Under the pieces are notes generated by a model. The model was not told where the DNA came from, searched no databases, and was given only the letters and a program-made list of their open reading frames with translations. Shown here piece after piece: positions 38,335-51,257 of a DNA stretch of 64,000 nt. Source of the DNA: Felis catus (Eukaryota); the NCBI RefSeq assembly GCF_018350175.1, contig NC_058368.1, forward strand, positions 172,362,001-172,426,000, in the 5' to 3' direction. A program made the position numbers and the translations under genes. Each line of letters starts with the position of its first letter. The first letter of the stretch is position 1.

Positions 38335-38495
38335 GAAATAAAAGTGATGTATATAAGGCAGCATTTTAAGGAGTATAAGGTGGAACTGCAGTAAAAGGTG
38401 GACTGAAGAAAAGACTGGAGTCGGTAATTTGAGAGGAGACCAGCAGTTCAGGTGTGAGGTTGGGGCGGGCGGCGGGTAGTCAAAAGAGGAAGACA

Positions 38496-38721
38496 GGGGC
38501 GCCTGGGTGGCGCAGTCGGTTAAGCGTCCGACTTCAGCCAGGTCACGATCTCGCGGTCCGTGAGTTCGAGCCCCGCGTCAGGCTCTGGGTTGATGGCTCA
38601 GCGCCTGGAGCCTGTTTCCGATTCTATGTCTCCCTCTCTCTCTGCCGCTCGCCCGTTCATGCTCTGTCTCTCTCTGTCCCAAAAATAAATAAACGTTGAA
38701 AATAAAAAATTAAAAAAAAAA
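38496..38721 (+). mobile_element. Young SINEC_Fc-type SINE with perfect 14-bp TSD
   Basis: TSD aaaagaggaagaca at 38482-38495 and 38722-38735. Confidence 0.98.
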
Positions 38722-39635
38722 AAAAGAGGAAGACAAACAGGTGTAGGAAAGAACATTCAGAGAATGATCAGTGGGATATGGCCATCGACTGGATGTGGGG
38801 CAGGAAAAACAGATGAGGAATCAAAGCTCCAAATCTTCACGTACAGGTATGGGAGCATAGTGTCTCTGTGACCAGAGAGAAAGACGTCAGGGAGACCCCA
38901 ACAGGTGGCAGCAGGGGTAGTGTGCTGGTCCAAGCACACTGATGGAAGACAGAACCAAAGGCAGAGATCAGATGCTGAACTGCAGCTCTGGAAAAACACT
39001 AGGAAGCAAAATGTTGGGAACCACACAGAAGTAATGACAACCCCTAAGGATGAATGAGCTATCCAAGGAGTTCCAGAACTCAGCCTGGCATACACCCCAT
39101 TGTTAGGGGGCAGCAGGAAGCAGGAAATGTCAGGAAAGAAGAGAGGAAAAAGCCTCAAGAAGAGGCTAAGAATGAAGACTAAGAAGAAGAGGCTAAGAAT
39201 GAAGAGTGTAAGAGAAAGCCAGGAGGAAGTTTCACAAATCAGCATTTAAATGTCCAAAGAATCAAAGTCCATGAACACGGAAAACACATTGGATGAGGTG
39301 ACTACGAGATCATGGGTATTAGAAGAAAAAGAAAGCTGATGTTAAGCAATAAAATGGTCCAAAAGGGGATATGACAATTTGAACAACATACATTAATTAT
39401 CTTTAAGTAAATAATATGAAGTTAGCAAAATCTGAAAGGCAGAGAAACTGGAGATTTGACCATAACACCGGCTCTAAGGCGCTGAGCATGAAAGGGTGCC
39501 ATGCGCTGCACTGAGCCTTGTATCTGTGTTAATGAAGTCAATCTTCACAATAGGCCCACAAAGTGAACCCTACTAGTTCCTTTTTTTTTTAATGGCATAA
39601 AATGTAGCACTGAGAAGTACTAGAACTTGACCAAG

Positions 39636-39850
39636 GGAGCAGCTGGGTGGCTCAGTCAATTAAGCATCCAATGCTTGATTTTGGCTCAGGTCATGATCTC
39701 ACAGTGCACGGGATTGAGCTCCATGTTGGGCTCCGTGACAACAGCACAGAGCTTGCTTGGGATTCTCTCTCTCCTTTTTTCCCTTTTTTTCTGCATTCCC
39801 CCCACTCGCTAAATAAATCAATTTTTTTTTTAATTAAAAAAAAAAAAAGG
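39636..39850 (+). mobile_element. Can-SINE inserted in a MIR
   Basis: TSD acttgaccaagg is itself a MIR core motif. Confidence 0.93.
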
Positions 39851-40007
39851 TACTTGACCAAGGACACAGACGTTAAGTGCACCGACTATTAAGTCAGAAG
39901 CCTTGAGTGCACCTTACTCACTGCTCTTCTCCTCCAGGTGTTGTGTAGCCTTGGACAAGAGCAGGTCTTTTGAGCTTCAGCTTTCTCACTTTAAAAATAT
40001 GGTTAGG

Positions 40008-40222
40008 GGGGTGCCTGGGTGGCTCAGTCCATTGGGCGTCTGACCCTTGATCTCGACTCAGGTCATGATCTCACAGTTTGTGGGACTAAGCCCCACATCA
40101 GGCTCTGTGTCCTAACAGCCCGGAGCCTGCTTAGGATTCTCTCTCTCTCCCTCTCTCGCTGTCCCTCTTCCACTCATGCGTGTGTGCACACTCTCTCTTT
40201 TAAAATAAAGTTAAAAAAAAAC
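40008..40222 (+). mobile_element. Can-SINE
   Basis: TSD atatggtt; flanked by MIR sequence. Confidence 0.94.
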
Positions 40223-40648
40223 ACATATGGTTCGACTTCACTGATATGCAACATTTCTAGCCTTAACGTCCTGAGACTCTTAGGCTTGGTGTTACAGAAC
40301 ATCTTTGCAAAGTCTTCCCTAAACACCCAGCTTCCCTTTCCTGGCTTCTTTACATCTCAACAAAGGGCTGCTTTATTTACAATTAAGCCAGGAGCCCAAA
40401 AGAGTGACTTACCCTCAGCTTGCCTTCTCCTTGCTTTTAACAAGCAGCTAGAGATCAGAGTCACACAGGAGAATGTGAAGGAGATCAAGTACAATACCCA
40501 GTTTTATTACATGTGACCATTCTTCAGGGCCCGGGGAAATATAAAAATCAATTCTATATGTAACTAAAGTAGAAATAGGAGGATAGCCTAAGAGATGATC
40601 TGGCTGCTTTCTGAATTTCCTCAGCATTGCAACTCTAGTGATTTTCTA

Positions 40649-40836
40649 GGGGCGCCTGGATGACTCAGTCAGCTGAGCGTCCAACTTCAGCCCAGGTCAT
40701 GATCTCACAGTTCGTGGGTTCCAGCCCCACACTGGGCTCTGTGCTGACAGCTCAGGGCCTACAGCCTCCTTTGGGTTCTATGTCTCTCTCTCTCAAAAAT
40801 AAAAAACATTAAAAAAGATTTTTTTTAAAAGACAGA
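40649..40836 (+). mobile_element. Can-SINE with perfect 18-bp TSD
   Basis: aactctagtgattttcta at 40631-40648 and 40837-40854. Confidence 0.96.
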
Positions 40837-42189
40837 AACTCTAGTGATTTTCTAAATGCTAAAAGGGACATGGGTCAAGACTTCTCGGGCTGACATATTT
40901 AGCAACAAGGGTTCTGAATAGTAAAGCTATTGCCACCCTCTTATTCCCTGGTCACAGCAGGGTTCTAATACTAAAAAGTTCTCTGCACCAGGAACAGGAC
41001 AGAATGACAAGTCTCCGGTTTTGAGGGCACATGAGGCAATCCCTCTCTTGTTTAAATGCCTGATTAGACACCACACTCTGCAGATTCGGAAAGGGAATAG
41101 TTAGCGGATGTAGAGCAGAGCCGAGTCCTGTTGTTTACAGTTATTCTCCTTCAAATGTCCATCCCAACAGCATAAAGGTCCATTTAGAACCAAATAAAAC
41201 ACAGAAAGATCAGGAGGTCGGCGGAGAGAGGAAGACAGTAAGACTTCCTTACTTTACTGAGGACGAGTCAGATTAACAATTCCTGAAGGCCCCATCTCCC
41301 CTGTGTTCAAACCATATACTATTCTTTTATTTCACAGCTTTCTGTGATAACAAGATTTCCTCTCACGTCTGACAAACCCTTACACTCTACCTACGTTCCA
41401 ATCCCATCCTTTCCAGCCTCTGTCCAGCTGTGGTTGTATTAGCAATTTCCTCTCATTTGTATCTTCTCTCCCCTCCTCTTGGCTCACCCCACAAACATGC
41501 TCAGCAGGACGTAGCTGCTTCTGTTTGTGTCTGTGTGTTCGGGGCAAGTACAATACACCTGTCACTGTTGGGTGTCAGGGGCAGAAAACAGAGCTGGTGC
41601 ATAGCAGCAGGCTTCATCTCACTTCCATACCTGCTCAACCAGGACCAGGGTGGGCAAATCTATCAGAGTGGTGAACCTGGCCTTCAGGCCCTCTGACCCA
41701 CTATCCCTTATTCTGGTATCCCCGTCTACCCCCAATCCTTCAGTGTTGCCAGCCACTAAACTAATCTTTTCTGATTCTAAGACTTGCCATGTTACTAGCC
41801 TCTTCAGGCTCCAAAACAGTCTTCAAGAGGGCCAGGGCAGTGGCGAGGGGGAAGACTAAAGAAAACAATATTGCTGGATTTCAGAAACCACTACACAAGA
41901 GTAAGAGAAACATCTAGAAGGAATAGAACTTCCCTGGCATTCTGAAACTCAGAAAAGATGGTCTCCCCATGAAACCAGTCTTGCTTCCCACGGGATCTCC
42001 AGATGCACTGCATACAGCAGGAATTGAAGATGGTCATGAAGACTCGCCAACATCAGAAATTACACAGGACACTGTTACCTCAGAGAAGAAGAGGCTGACA
42101 AGATCACTGATCCGACTGTAACTGAGGAGTGTCTTGCCCAGGATTCTCAATCTCTCAAGCAAAGACAATGGGAGTAAATGACTGCTCAA

Positions 42190-42340
42190 ATGTCAGAGAT
42201 GGGAACACTGGAAGACCATCCATAGTTCAACTGCTTCCATTTATACAAAAGGAAAAGGAGATGCAGAGGAAATTTGCTCAAAGGTCACACAGCAAGACAG
42301 AGACAGAGCTGGGACTGGAACCCATGGTTCTTGAGTCACC
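42190..42340 (-). mobile_element. MIR remnant
   Basis: aggtcacacagc...cagagctgggactggaaccca. Confidence 0.7.
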
Positions 42341-42988
42341 ATCTCAATTCATCCTGTTACCACAGTCCACGGCCTCCCCATGTCAGTCTTCTTACATGCT
42401 GAGACATGTCCCTTTGTAAAGTAATCAAAGTTACTTAGATTATCAGACCTTTTCTGTGATCGTGTGTTGCTACTGGAATCTTAACATCAATCACAAAGTT
42501 ATGTCACACACTTCCTGAGAAGTGCATGGAACTGTTTATGTAAGCAGCGTGGGGAATTCAGATCAAGTATTCAGTGAGTGACTCAAAACTGAAGACAAGG
42601 AGGGCCAACACTGGAAACCACATGTGACTTTTTCTAATGGGCTGGGTTCCAAGCGTATGTAATACTACTCCCTCTACTTCCTACGTCCTGTGACTGGAAA
42701 TCTTGGAGTTAGTCCAAGGTCGACCTACACGCACAAAGGGAACTCCCTAGGATGGTCTTAGGGAAATATGGCTTCCAAAAGAGGTAGATTTAGGGCACAT
42801 CAATCCAATTAACTATCTCAAGTGACAAGGTTCTTTCCAACTGTTACAACAAAGGATGAATATCTTTTCCTTATTAACTGAACGGGCAGAGATTTTATCC
42901 AGAAGGATTTCATAAGGTACTGCTTCAACAATGCAATTAAAAACGTTTCATTCAGCTCCACTTTCTTCCATGTTAATACACTACTATT

Positions 42989-43208
42989 GGGGCACCTGGG
43001 TGGCTCAGTCGGGTAAGCATCAGACTCTGGCCCAGGTCAGGATCTCACAGTTCATGAGTTCCAGCCCCACGTTGGGCTCTGTACTGACAGCTCAGAGCCT
43101 GGAGCCTGCTTCAGATCCTGTGTCTCCCTCTCTCTCTCTGCCCCTCCCTCCCTCCCTTCCCACTCCCCCCCTCTCAAAAATGAACATTTAAAAAAATTTA
43201 AAAACAAA
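42989..43208 (+). mobile_element. Can-SINE
   Basis: Full element. Confidence 0.95.
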
Positions 43209-43709
43209 CACATGGCTATTGTCTTGAGAAAAATCAAGTTATCCCATCTCTTAGCTTATGAACTTCAGAAGGAGAATTCCAGTTGTCACCTCACCGCCTT
43301 GTGAATAGCAGATGTGCTAACCACATCGTCAAGAATATTTACATCAGTCTGGCTAGTAAGTATTCCCTTTCATAACTTTTAATCAGTGCTGCCTGCTCTT
43401 TTCTTTTTCAACAAAAACACTGGATTTCCCTAGGTTAGATTTCAACTTTTAGAATTAAAGTTTCCATACGATCCCATTCATTTGTGCATAGAGACAAAAA
43501 AAATACCACGAAGTGTACTAAAAGAAATTTTAAGCTACAGACAGCTTCCCTGGTAGTTTGGAATCTTTTGCAGATTTATCTCTATAACCAGGATGACTAA
43601 TGCAGGACCACAGAGGCTTGGCAGGTAACTAAATGAGTCAAGACGTCAAGGCCAAGTTCACATGCACAGAGTGGTAGGGGCTCCTGCCAAGTGGAGAAGG
43701 GACAGCCTG

Positions 43710-43925
43710 TCTACAGGGGCAGCAGTTAGGAAGGCTTAGCTCATTACTACTGTGAGGAAGACCATTTCAGTGTAGCCAGATCTTCCTCTTTGTCAACAGA
43801 AGCCACAAATCCAGGTTTGGAGGGAGGTCTCCATTTTTTAAAATGTCAACTCAAAATGAAAACAAAACACTGTGCCCAACTAAACATGCCCATGGGCTAG
43901 ACTTGGTTGCTGAGTTTCCAGTTTG
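43710..43925. mobile_element. MER102-like hAT remnant
   Basis: gccagatcttcc...agaagccacaaatcc...ccagtttgc. Confidence 0.5.
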
Positions 43926-43997
43926 CTATAGGAAGTGGGAATAATATCTATTCAGTGACTACAACAGTGTTAAAATTCCTTTAGAATGTTAGTCTCA

Positions 43998-44214
43998 GGC
44001 CCCTGGGTGGCTCAGTCGGTTAAGCGTCCAACTTAGGCTCAAGTCATTCTCATGGGTCGTGGGTTCAAGCCCCGCATCGGGCTCTTTGCTGACAGGTCAG
44101 AGCCTGAAGCCTGCTTCAGATTCTGTGTCTCCCTCTCTCTCTGCCCCTCCCCGACTCATGCTCTGTCTCTGTCTTTCAAAATTGAATAAACGTTAAAAAT
44201 AAAATACAATAAAA
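43998..44214 (+). mobile_element. Can-SINE
   Basis: TSD agaatgt(t/c)a(g/c)tctcag. Confidence 0.95.
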
Positions 44215-44649
44215 AGAATGTCACTCTCAGAAACCCTCCAGTGGGCTAAGGAAACGTGTAAAATGAATAGTAACATGAGCAGAGACGGCAAATTATTAAA
44301 GTTTCATAGACTTAGGGGACAATGAAAGCATTCCGATTCTCTGTAAAGTCACTGGGTTAATGCAAATAAAACCCCACCCTTCATCCACTGCAAAAGTCAA
44401 CCAAGAGTCCTGCTCTCCTTTACCACTCTCCATGCCCCCATTTACTCCAGCCATCCAACCATGCTGCCAACACCCAGCCAGTGGCCAGCACCAACAAGCA
44501 CCCGTCCCTCACTCCCTTCCCATGAGGCCACTGCCGTCACTATGGCACCCCCAAATTCCAGTTTTTCTCTCCTCCTGCCTCTCTCCAACCCTGGTTCATT
44601 CTACACAAAACTACCAAAGTGATTTTTCTTCAATGTGCACATCATAAAT

Positions 44650-44820
44650 CCTCTGGAAGTAGGAAGGAAACTGCTAACAGTGGTTGCTCCCAGGTAGGGG
44701 ACCTGGAGAATGGAAAGCCTGGGTTTGAGGAAGTCTTACTTGCCCCTGCACCTCCTTCTGTACTTTCTGAATTCTGTTTTCAGCATGTATCACTTTCTCA
44801 AAAATATAGTAAGTTTTTAA
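44650..44820 (+). mobile_element. L1ME-type 3' terminal fragment
   Basis: aaactgctaacagtggttgc...ttctgtactttctgaatt...catgtatcact. Confidence 0.55.
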
Positions 44821-45329
44821 AAATGTAATATTCCAGGGCTTCTAGATTAAGAAGCAAGGCATTGCCCCATTCTAACCCACAGGGACACAACCATGGACTA
44901 ACGATGTTAATAAGATCAGAGCATATTGAGAAGTAAAGCACAGGAGAGCCTGGGACACAAGCAAGCAAAAGCCAGAGGGGAGCCGGCAGCTGGCAGGAAC
45001 TGAGATTGCAAGTGTAGGTACTAAAAGGAGAGTCTGTCTGAAGCACTGACTGCAGAATGGGGGCCAAGCTTGAGCTCCCCTTCCTTAGCCTACAAGGGCA
45101 GGGTAGGACTGCTCCCTGTCCGAAGTCAGACATCTACTCTCCAAAACACGCAAGTGACCTGCCAGGAAGGAAGGCACCCCTTAGTAGGGACCTCTTCTCT
45201 GGCACTGAGGGAACCTCAAACATGTTATGCTGGCTCCACCCTAAATTGTTACACCCTAAACTGAAACCTACTCTTTGACACACCGTGCCTTCACAGTTTC
45301 AGAACTCACAGCCAGCCCTGCCAACAAAG

Positions 45330-46760
45330 GAAAAGGTCAGCAGGGACAGATGTTTGGAAGAAAAGGGAAACTAAGTGAGCTACCTAGAACCATAACCTTG
45401 TCCTTCATTTGTGAATATGGACGGGTAACCAAGGATCACCAGATTTGAGGAATGCTAAAGGAATAAAAGAGAAAGACAAGTATGAAAAGGAACTGATCCA
45501 GAGAGAAGAGAGACAGTAAGTTCATGAAATAGAAGAGAATGGGGGCAGGGCGGGCTGGATCCGAATATAGTCAAAGACATCAGAAAACACAAAATACGCA
45601 CATGAAATAAAACACGTTATGAAAAGGAAAAGACTACAGAAACTAAAATTTGACTTTTGAAGTTAAAAATTCAATAGAAGGGCAAAATGAAAGGGTGATG
45701 ACATTCTCAGAAAACTGGTTAGGGGGAAGGAGAGAAGACACAAAGTCTGATTAAGGAGACTTGAGAGTTAATCCAGGAGATGTAATATCAATCCATTGAA
45801 TTTATCCCCAAATAATGGGGGTGTGGGGGAATTATGGAAAAGAAGTATGAAAGAAATAAGAAATTTCCAAGAACTCAAGAACACAAGTCTTGACATTACA
45901 AGAGTCCACAGGTGCTGAGCAGGATAAATGGAAAAAGATTCTCATGAAAGTTTACAGTATCAAGGAGAAAGAAAACATTTCTAAGCTTCCAAAGAAAAGT
46001 CCATATGAAGGCACAAGACTTAGTAACATTGGCTGCTAGAAAGAGATTCCTTTCATATGCTGAGGTAAAATTATTTTGAATTTAGAATTTCATACCCAGC
46101 CTAATTACCAATTAAGTATGAGAGCAGATAAGCATGAGTTCAAAGTATGCTTGCCATGCACTCTTTCTGAAAACTTACTTCAAAATATACTCCAGCCAAA
46201 TTAAAAATATATCTAAGAGGAAGATAGAGAATCCAAGAAAAAGTAGAATTCAAGAATAAAAGGAAACTTCAGGATGACAGGTATATAAGCAGGCCTAGAA
46301 AGCAGTTAGTTAATAAAAAAAAAAAAAAAAAAAAAAATCCAGGGGTGCCTGGGTGGCTCAGTCAGTTAAGCATCTGACTTCGGTTCAGGTCATGATCTCA
46401 CAGTTTGTGAGTTGGAGTCCCACATCAGGCTCTGTGCTGACAGCTCAGAGCCTGGAGCCTGCTTCAGATTCTGTGTCTGTCTGTCTGTCTGTCTCTGCCC
46501 CTCCCCTGCTTGCGCTCTGTCTCTCTCAAAAATAAACATTAAAATTTTTTTTTTAAATCCAAAAAGCTGTATAATTAAGAGAATACGTTTTTATAGCAGC
46601 AGAAGAAAGAAAAACACATTACTTCTGCTCATGGAAAAACAGGTAATTAGAAGGTCCAGGAAGAACAAAGCTGCACAAGAATGTCATGGCCCACACATGA
46701 AGCAAACAAAGGTGTGCCATGATCCTGAGTAACTGATAGAGAATTTGACTTCAATGATCA
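45330..46760 (+). mobile_element. HAL1 / L1 ORF1-like remnant
   Basis: A-rich ORF1-like motifs (aaaaattcaatagaagg, aagaaatttccaagaact, tagaatttcatacccagc); no intact ORF. Confidence 0.65.
46342..46555 (+). mobile_element. Can-SINE
   Basis: Full element inside HAL1, preceded by A23. Confidence 0.95.
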
Positions 46761-47107
46761 GACTATCTCCTTTCAAATGGCCTACATTGTAACACAGATT
46801 TCTACATTTCTGGTCCATTTGGATACCATTTTAGTTGGATCTAACCAACTAAAAAAGCAAACTGTCTCCTGCATTTTCCTAATATAAGAGTGTGAAAGGT
46901 ACTGTTAGTTGGCTGAGGAAACCTCCATTTCCCATTCTTGATTTCCTAATCTCCTTTTGAATGTGACCACAGTTAGAGCCAAGGTCTTTGGGTGGATAAA
47001 AAGGCCAAGACTTGCTAAAGAGAATGGCTTGCCCTTTTCCCTTCCCTGTTTTTCCCACCATTTTGCTTCTGAAGGTGAAAGCCACATATTAAGAATGGCG
47101 GGCATGT

Positions 47108-47301
47108 GGGGTATGCATGTGGCTCAGTTAAGCGTCCCATTCTTGATATCGGCTCAGATCATGATCTCACAGTTCGTGAGACTGAGCTCCGAGGTGGACT
47201 CTGCACTGACAACATGTAGTCTGCTTGGGATCCCCTCACTCCCTCTGCCCCTCTCCCACTTGCATGCACATGTGCTCGCTCTCTCAAACAAACAAAACAA
47301 A
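47108..47301 (+). mobile_element. Can-SINE with 16-bp TSD, inside an MLT-like remnant
   Basis: TSD aagaatgg(c/t)gggcatg; MLT1-like end cattcctaactgaaaca at about 47462. Confidence 0.94.
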
Positions 47302-48204
47302 AAGAATGGTGGGCATGAGATCACAGAGTCCAAAATGACCTCCATGAGCGCCTCTACCAACCCTGGATGGCCTTCCTTTGGGCTCCATGTCACAGAAGAG
47401 TAACCTGTGTCTATTTAAGATGTTATCTGTTTTTGTTGGGGATCACATTCCTAACTGAAACAAGAAATCAGTTTCCATTTTGAATAAAACCCAGTTTGAG
47501 TTGGATTACCTGTGAGCCAGAAAGATCTAACTAATACAGGCTCTTTTTCCTTTGGAGCAACGTGCAAAGAAAGAGCATCACAAAGACCAAATATTTTACC
47601 CTAGCCTTGAGAGGAACAGGATGTTATGTAGGATTTTCCACAGAGCTTTCATTTAAATACCTACTTGGTTCCAACCACAGGCTAATTCCTATGCTGAATT
47701 TGGGACACCAAACTCTTGTCACCAAGCTGACAAGACACATTTGCCCTCGTGGGACCCAGTAAAATGGGACAGAGAGTTTACAAACACACGAAATATAAGT
47801 ATGGGATTATGTTATGCTAGCAAAGTGAAGGGAGTAATTTAGATCTAGTAATATTTCAAAACATAGCAAATTCTCAAATTCAGGAGTGCTTGTTTGGTCT
47901 GATTCGGTCACAGCAACATTTCATTCACCAGTAAACTCTCAATAATTTACTGAACAATTCCATAGAAAAGCCAAAGTAATGTTTTTCTTGAACGAATGTA
48001 TATGTTAAACTGGGTGTGTCTGCTGCTCTGGTAACTTATCACACCCCAAATAGACTGAATCCAAATGGAAGGGTCCAATTCAAAAGAAACCAGCATGATG
48101 TGCCAACCCTATTATCCTTAGTCGAGTTATTCCTGGTTCTCCCCCATCTCCACGTTAGAGGCAGCTGGCTGACACCACCACTCTATCCTCATCCTAGCAC
48201 TGCT

Positions 48205-48560
48205 TATTTCATTCATTTTGCAATATTAAATGAGTACCTACTGTGTCAGATGCTCTGCCAAGTGTTGTGGGTATTCTAGAATGTAAGACAATATTCGCCT
48301 TCAAAGGGCTTATGTCTAACAGATGGCAGGAGCAGGGTAAGAGTTTAGACAGGGGAAAGTCACCAAGCTATTATGATATATTATACTGAAAGGGGAAATT
48401 AAAGAGTACTATGTTAATACAGAGCAGGGATTTGGAGAGTAGTCAGGAAAGGAGCCCTAGAAAAAATATGGGATGCTAAGGATGGGGTCTCCATTTCCAC
48501 TAGGAAATGGACAAGTCTAGAGGCAAGACAGGACATGATATAGTCAACGAATCTAAAGTT
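48205..48560 (-). mobile_element. L2 3' end remnant
   Basis: ttcattcatt...tgagtacctactgtgtcag... Confidence 0.65.
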
Positions 48561-49520
48561 CAAGTTGAAGGAACTGGTCTACCCATGTATTTAAGCAGAT
48601 AGCAGGTTTGAGATATTCAACCAGGATTCCAATGGGTAGTCACCTAAGAGTTGTACAATTACTGCAGACTCCACCTCTTTCGAGATTTCAACCGGACACA
48701 CTTAGCATAGCCTCAAATCAGAGACGAGTCACTGTGGCCTTCAAACCCGGATAATGCCAGTTTTTGCTTTCTTTCTACACCATACCAGCTTTTTGCTTAT
48801 TTTTCAGGAAATGCTAGTAAAGCAATACACAGCAATCATCCCAAGAGCCAGATTACAACCTTCCTTGGCTTCTCCAAGGTAACCAATTTCAGCTAATCTT
48901 TTGAGTAAGAGGTGAGACCCAGCAGGAGGCTATCAAGCTCCATTACCCCTCTTCCTTGATCTGTCGGCACCAAGCCAGTGTCAAAAAAAATCATCCTTTT
49001 TTGCCTTTTACCTTCTATCTTGTTGGTGGAGATGACCAGATTTTTGTGGTATCAAGATACATAGGCAGCTGGGTCTTGTGGGGCTGAGCATGTTCAATCT
49101 TAAGATTCAGGGGATTTGGCAAACACTCCATCCAGGCACCACTTCCAGTCATCCTGGCCCAGCAGGGTGAGACTATGGTTCAAATGGTGATATCTGGAGC
49201 CTGCGTGGACAAAGGGCACCTCTCCCATTAAGGGAGGGAGAGGAGACAGATGGACAGATGGTACTAGTGCAGAAACTTGCAGGTTGGTGACAACCTGAGG
49301 AAGTCACAACTCAATGGCTCCGTAAAGCAGGAGACCAGGGCAGCTGCTGAAATTGACAGAAGTGATCAGCTAGGAGTACAGAAGATAGCAAATAGCCATT
49401 GGGGTGAATGGCAGAGTTGTCCAAGTCAGTGTTTTCCAGTGAGCTGGTTGCAAGGGATCCTGAAATCAGTTTTGCTTTTGTTTTCTTTTTTTTACAAAGG
49501 TATTTTAAAAATGAGAGTAT

Positions 49521-49752
49521 GGGGCACCTGGGTGGCTCAGTCGGTTGAGCATCCAACTTTGGCTCAGGTCATGATCAGATTTGGATCAGGTCATGGGCTC
49601 AAGCCCCGCGTGGGGCTCTGTGCAGACAGCTCAAAGCCTGGAGCCTGCTTCGGATTCTCTGTCTCCCTCTCTCTGACCCTCCGTCCCCATCTCTCTCTCT
49701 CTCCCTCTCCCTCTCTCAAAAATAAGTAAACATTAAAAAAAAAATTTTTAAA
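49521..49752 (+). mobile_element. Can-SINE with internal 16-bp duplication
   Basis: tttgg(c/a)tcaggtcatg occurs twice. Confidence 0.95.
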
Positions 49753-51257
49753 GACAGTACATTGCATACAGTAAAAGCAGTCATTGTATATAATCAAAAT
49801 TAATATAACATGTTTATATGCATACTGAATCATGATATGAACGTGTTCTTTCTGCAGTTGGGAGTCAAAATAAAGAAAAGCCAACAGACTAGCGTAAACA
49901 GAAGGAAAGGCTCAGAAGCACAGGGGGAGCACCAGGGAGACCTGGTGACGTTGGAAAGAATTCCATTTGTGGCTATACCCAGCTACATCATTACGATTTG
50001 TGCCTCACACCTGGCCTGCCTTAGAGAAGATAATTAAATTGGAAGGCTCCTGTTAAACGCAGTGACTCAGGGAGAGAAAGCATATAAAAATACATAAAGT
50101 AATAGATCTTATAACTTATTCTACTTAATTATGCTAATTAAAATTTTTATGGTAATTTGACAGTAAATTAAGAGACTGTACTTCTCTGCTTGACCACGTA
50201 ATTATGCTCTTTGCTATCCATTAAAATTCTTCTATCAAAAGATCTTTAAGTGATCTATTTAACTTGTAAGATAGATCATGCGCTGGGAGTAAAAAGGTTA
50301 AAAGATGTTTTATTTTAAAACCACCCACATTTTATGATTTACAATACCAAAAAGCAAAACCAAAAAAAACTCCACAGAAACCCCATTCTTGTTAAATACT
50401 CTCTAATAAATGAAGCCAAATAAATCCTCTCTTAGAAAGGTGTTTCTCCGCCCCCAAAGGAACAGTAAAAATGACTCCTTTAGAGAGAAATGCATTTACT
50501 TTTCCAACCTCCGTCATTTGTGAGATGCCTCATTGTCACAGATGAATCCCAACTGAAACAATCAAAAAATGAATACTGCTATCTTTCTCATTTAGCCAAA
50601 TAGCAAATACTATTCAGAGAACAAGGCTGTCCTTCAAAATCATTCAGCCTGGACTTCTAATTCCATGTATCTACTTCTCAGGTTAGAAAGACAGACATCC
50701 TTGGAAAAAACAAAGTTGCCAGGTAATGGCCTCTACTCCCACCTCCAAGTCATTTAATGACTGATTATTTACCACAGGAAAACAAAATTAATTGGAAAGC
50801 ATGTTGCTCTTAATAGCTTCAAAAGTTATTTGCAAAGAACTGTGAAGCATTTGTTTCTTATCTCCAGAAATCAGCTTCAACCTTGGGGCTGGAGCAGGTG
50901 GGGTCAAAGGCATGGCTGTGATTCCTCCCTCTAGGAAGGTTCCAACCCCTAACATATATTAATCATCACAATAAAAGTGAATAAAAGTTATTTCATATGT
51001 GTGACTCTATTTTGGGTACCACAGAATGCAATATTTCAGGTAAATATTTCTACGGAAAGTTAAGCCTCAACTTAACCAAGATGTCTAAGTAAGCTCTCTC
51101 TACAAAATGACTCTCAAACAGATAGAAAAAGATGAACAAGTTAGCTGATTAATGAACATTATCTTTCAAGGTGCCTGAATTGATTACAAATTCATGAGTA
51201 GAAACAGGAAATCAATGACATCCAACTCTGGAAAAAACTCAAAAATTTATCTAACCC

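Larger units (their letters stand above)
37500..39330 (-). mobile_element. L2 remnant interrupted by three SINEs
   Basis: aatgccaggctaaggaattt, actggatgtgggg and similar L2 antisense motifs. Confidence 0.6.
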
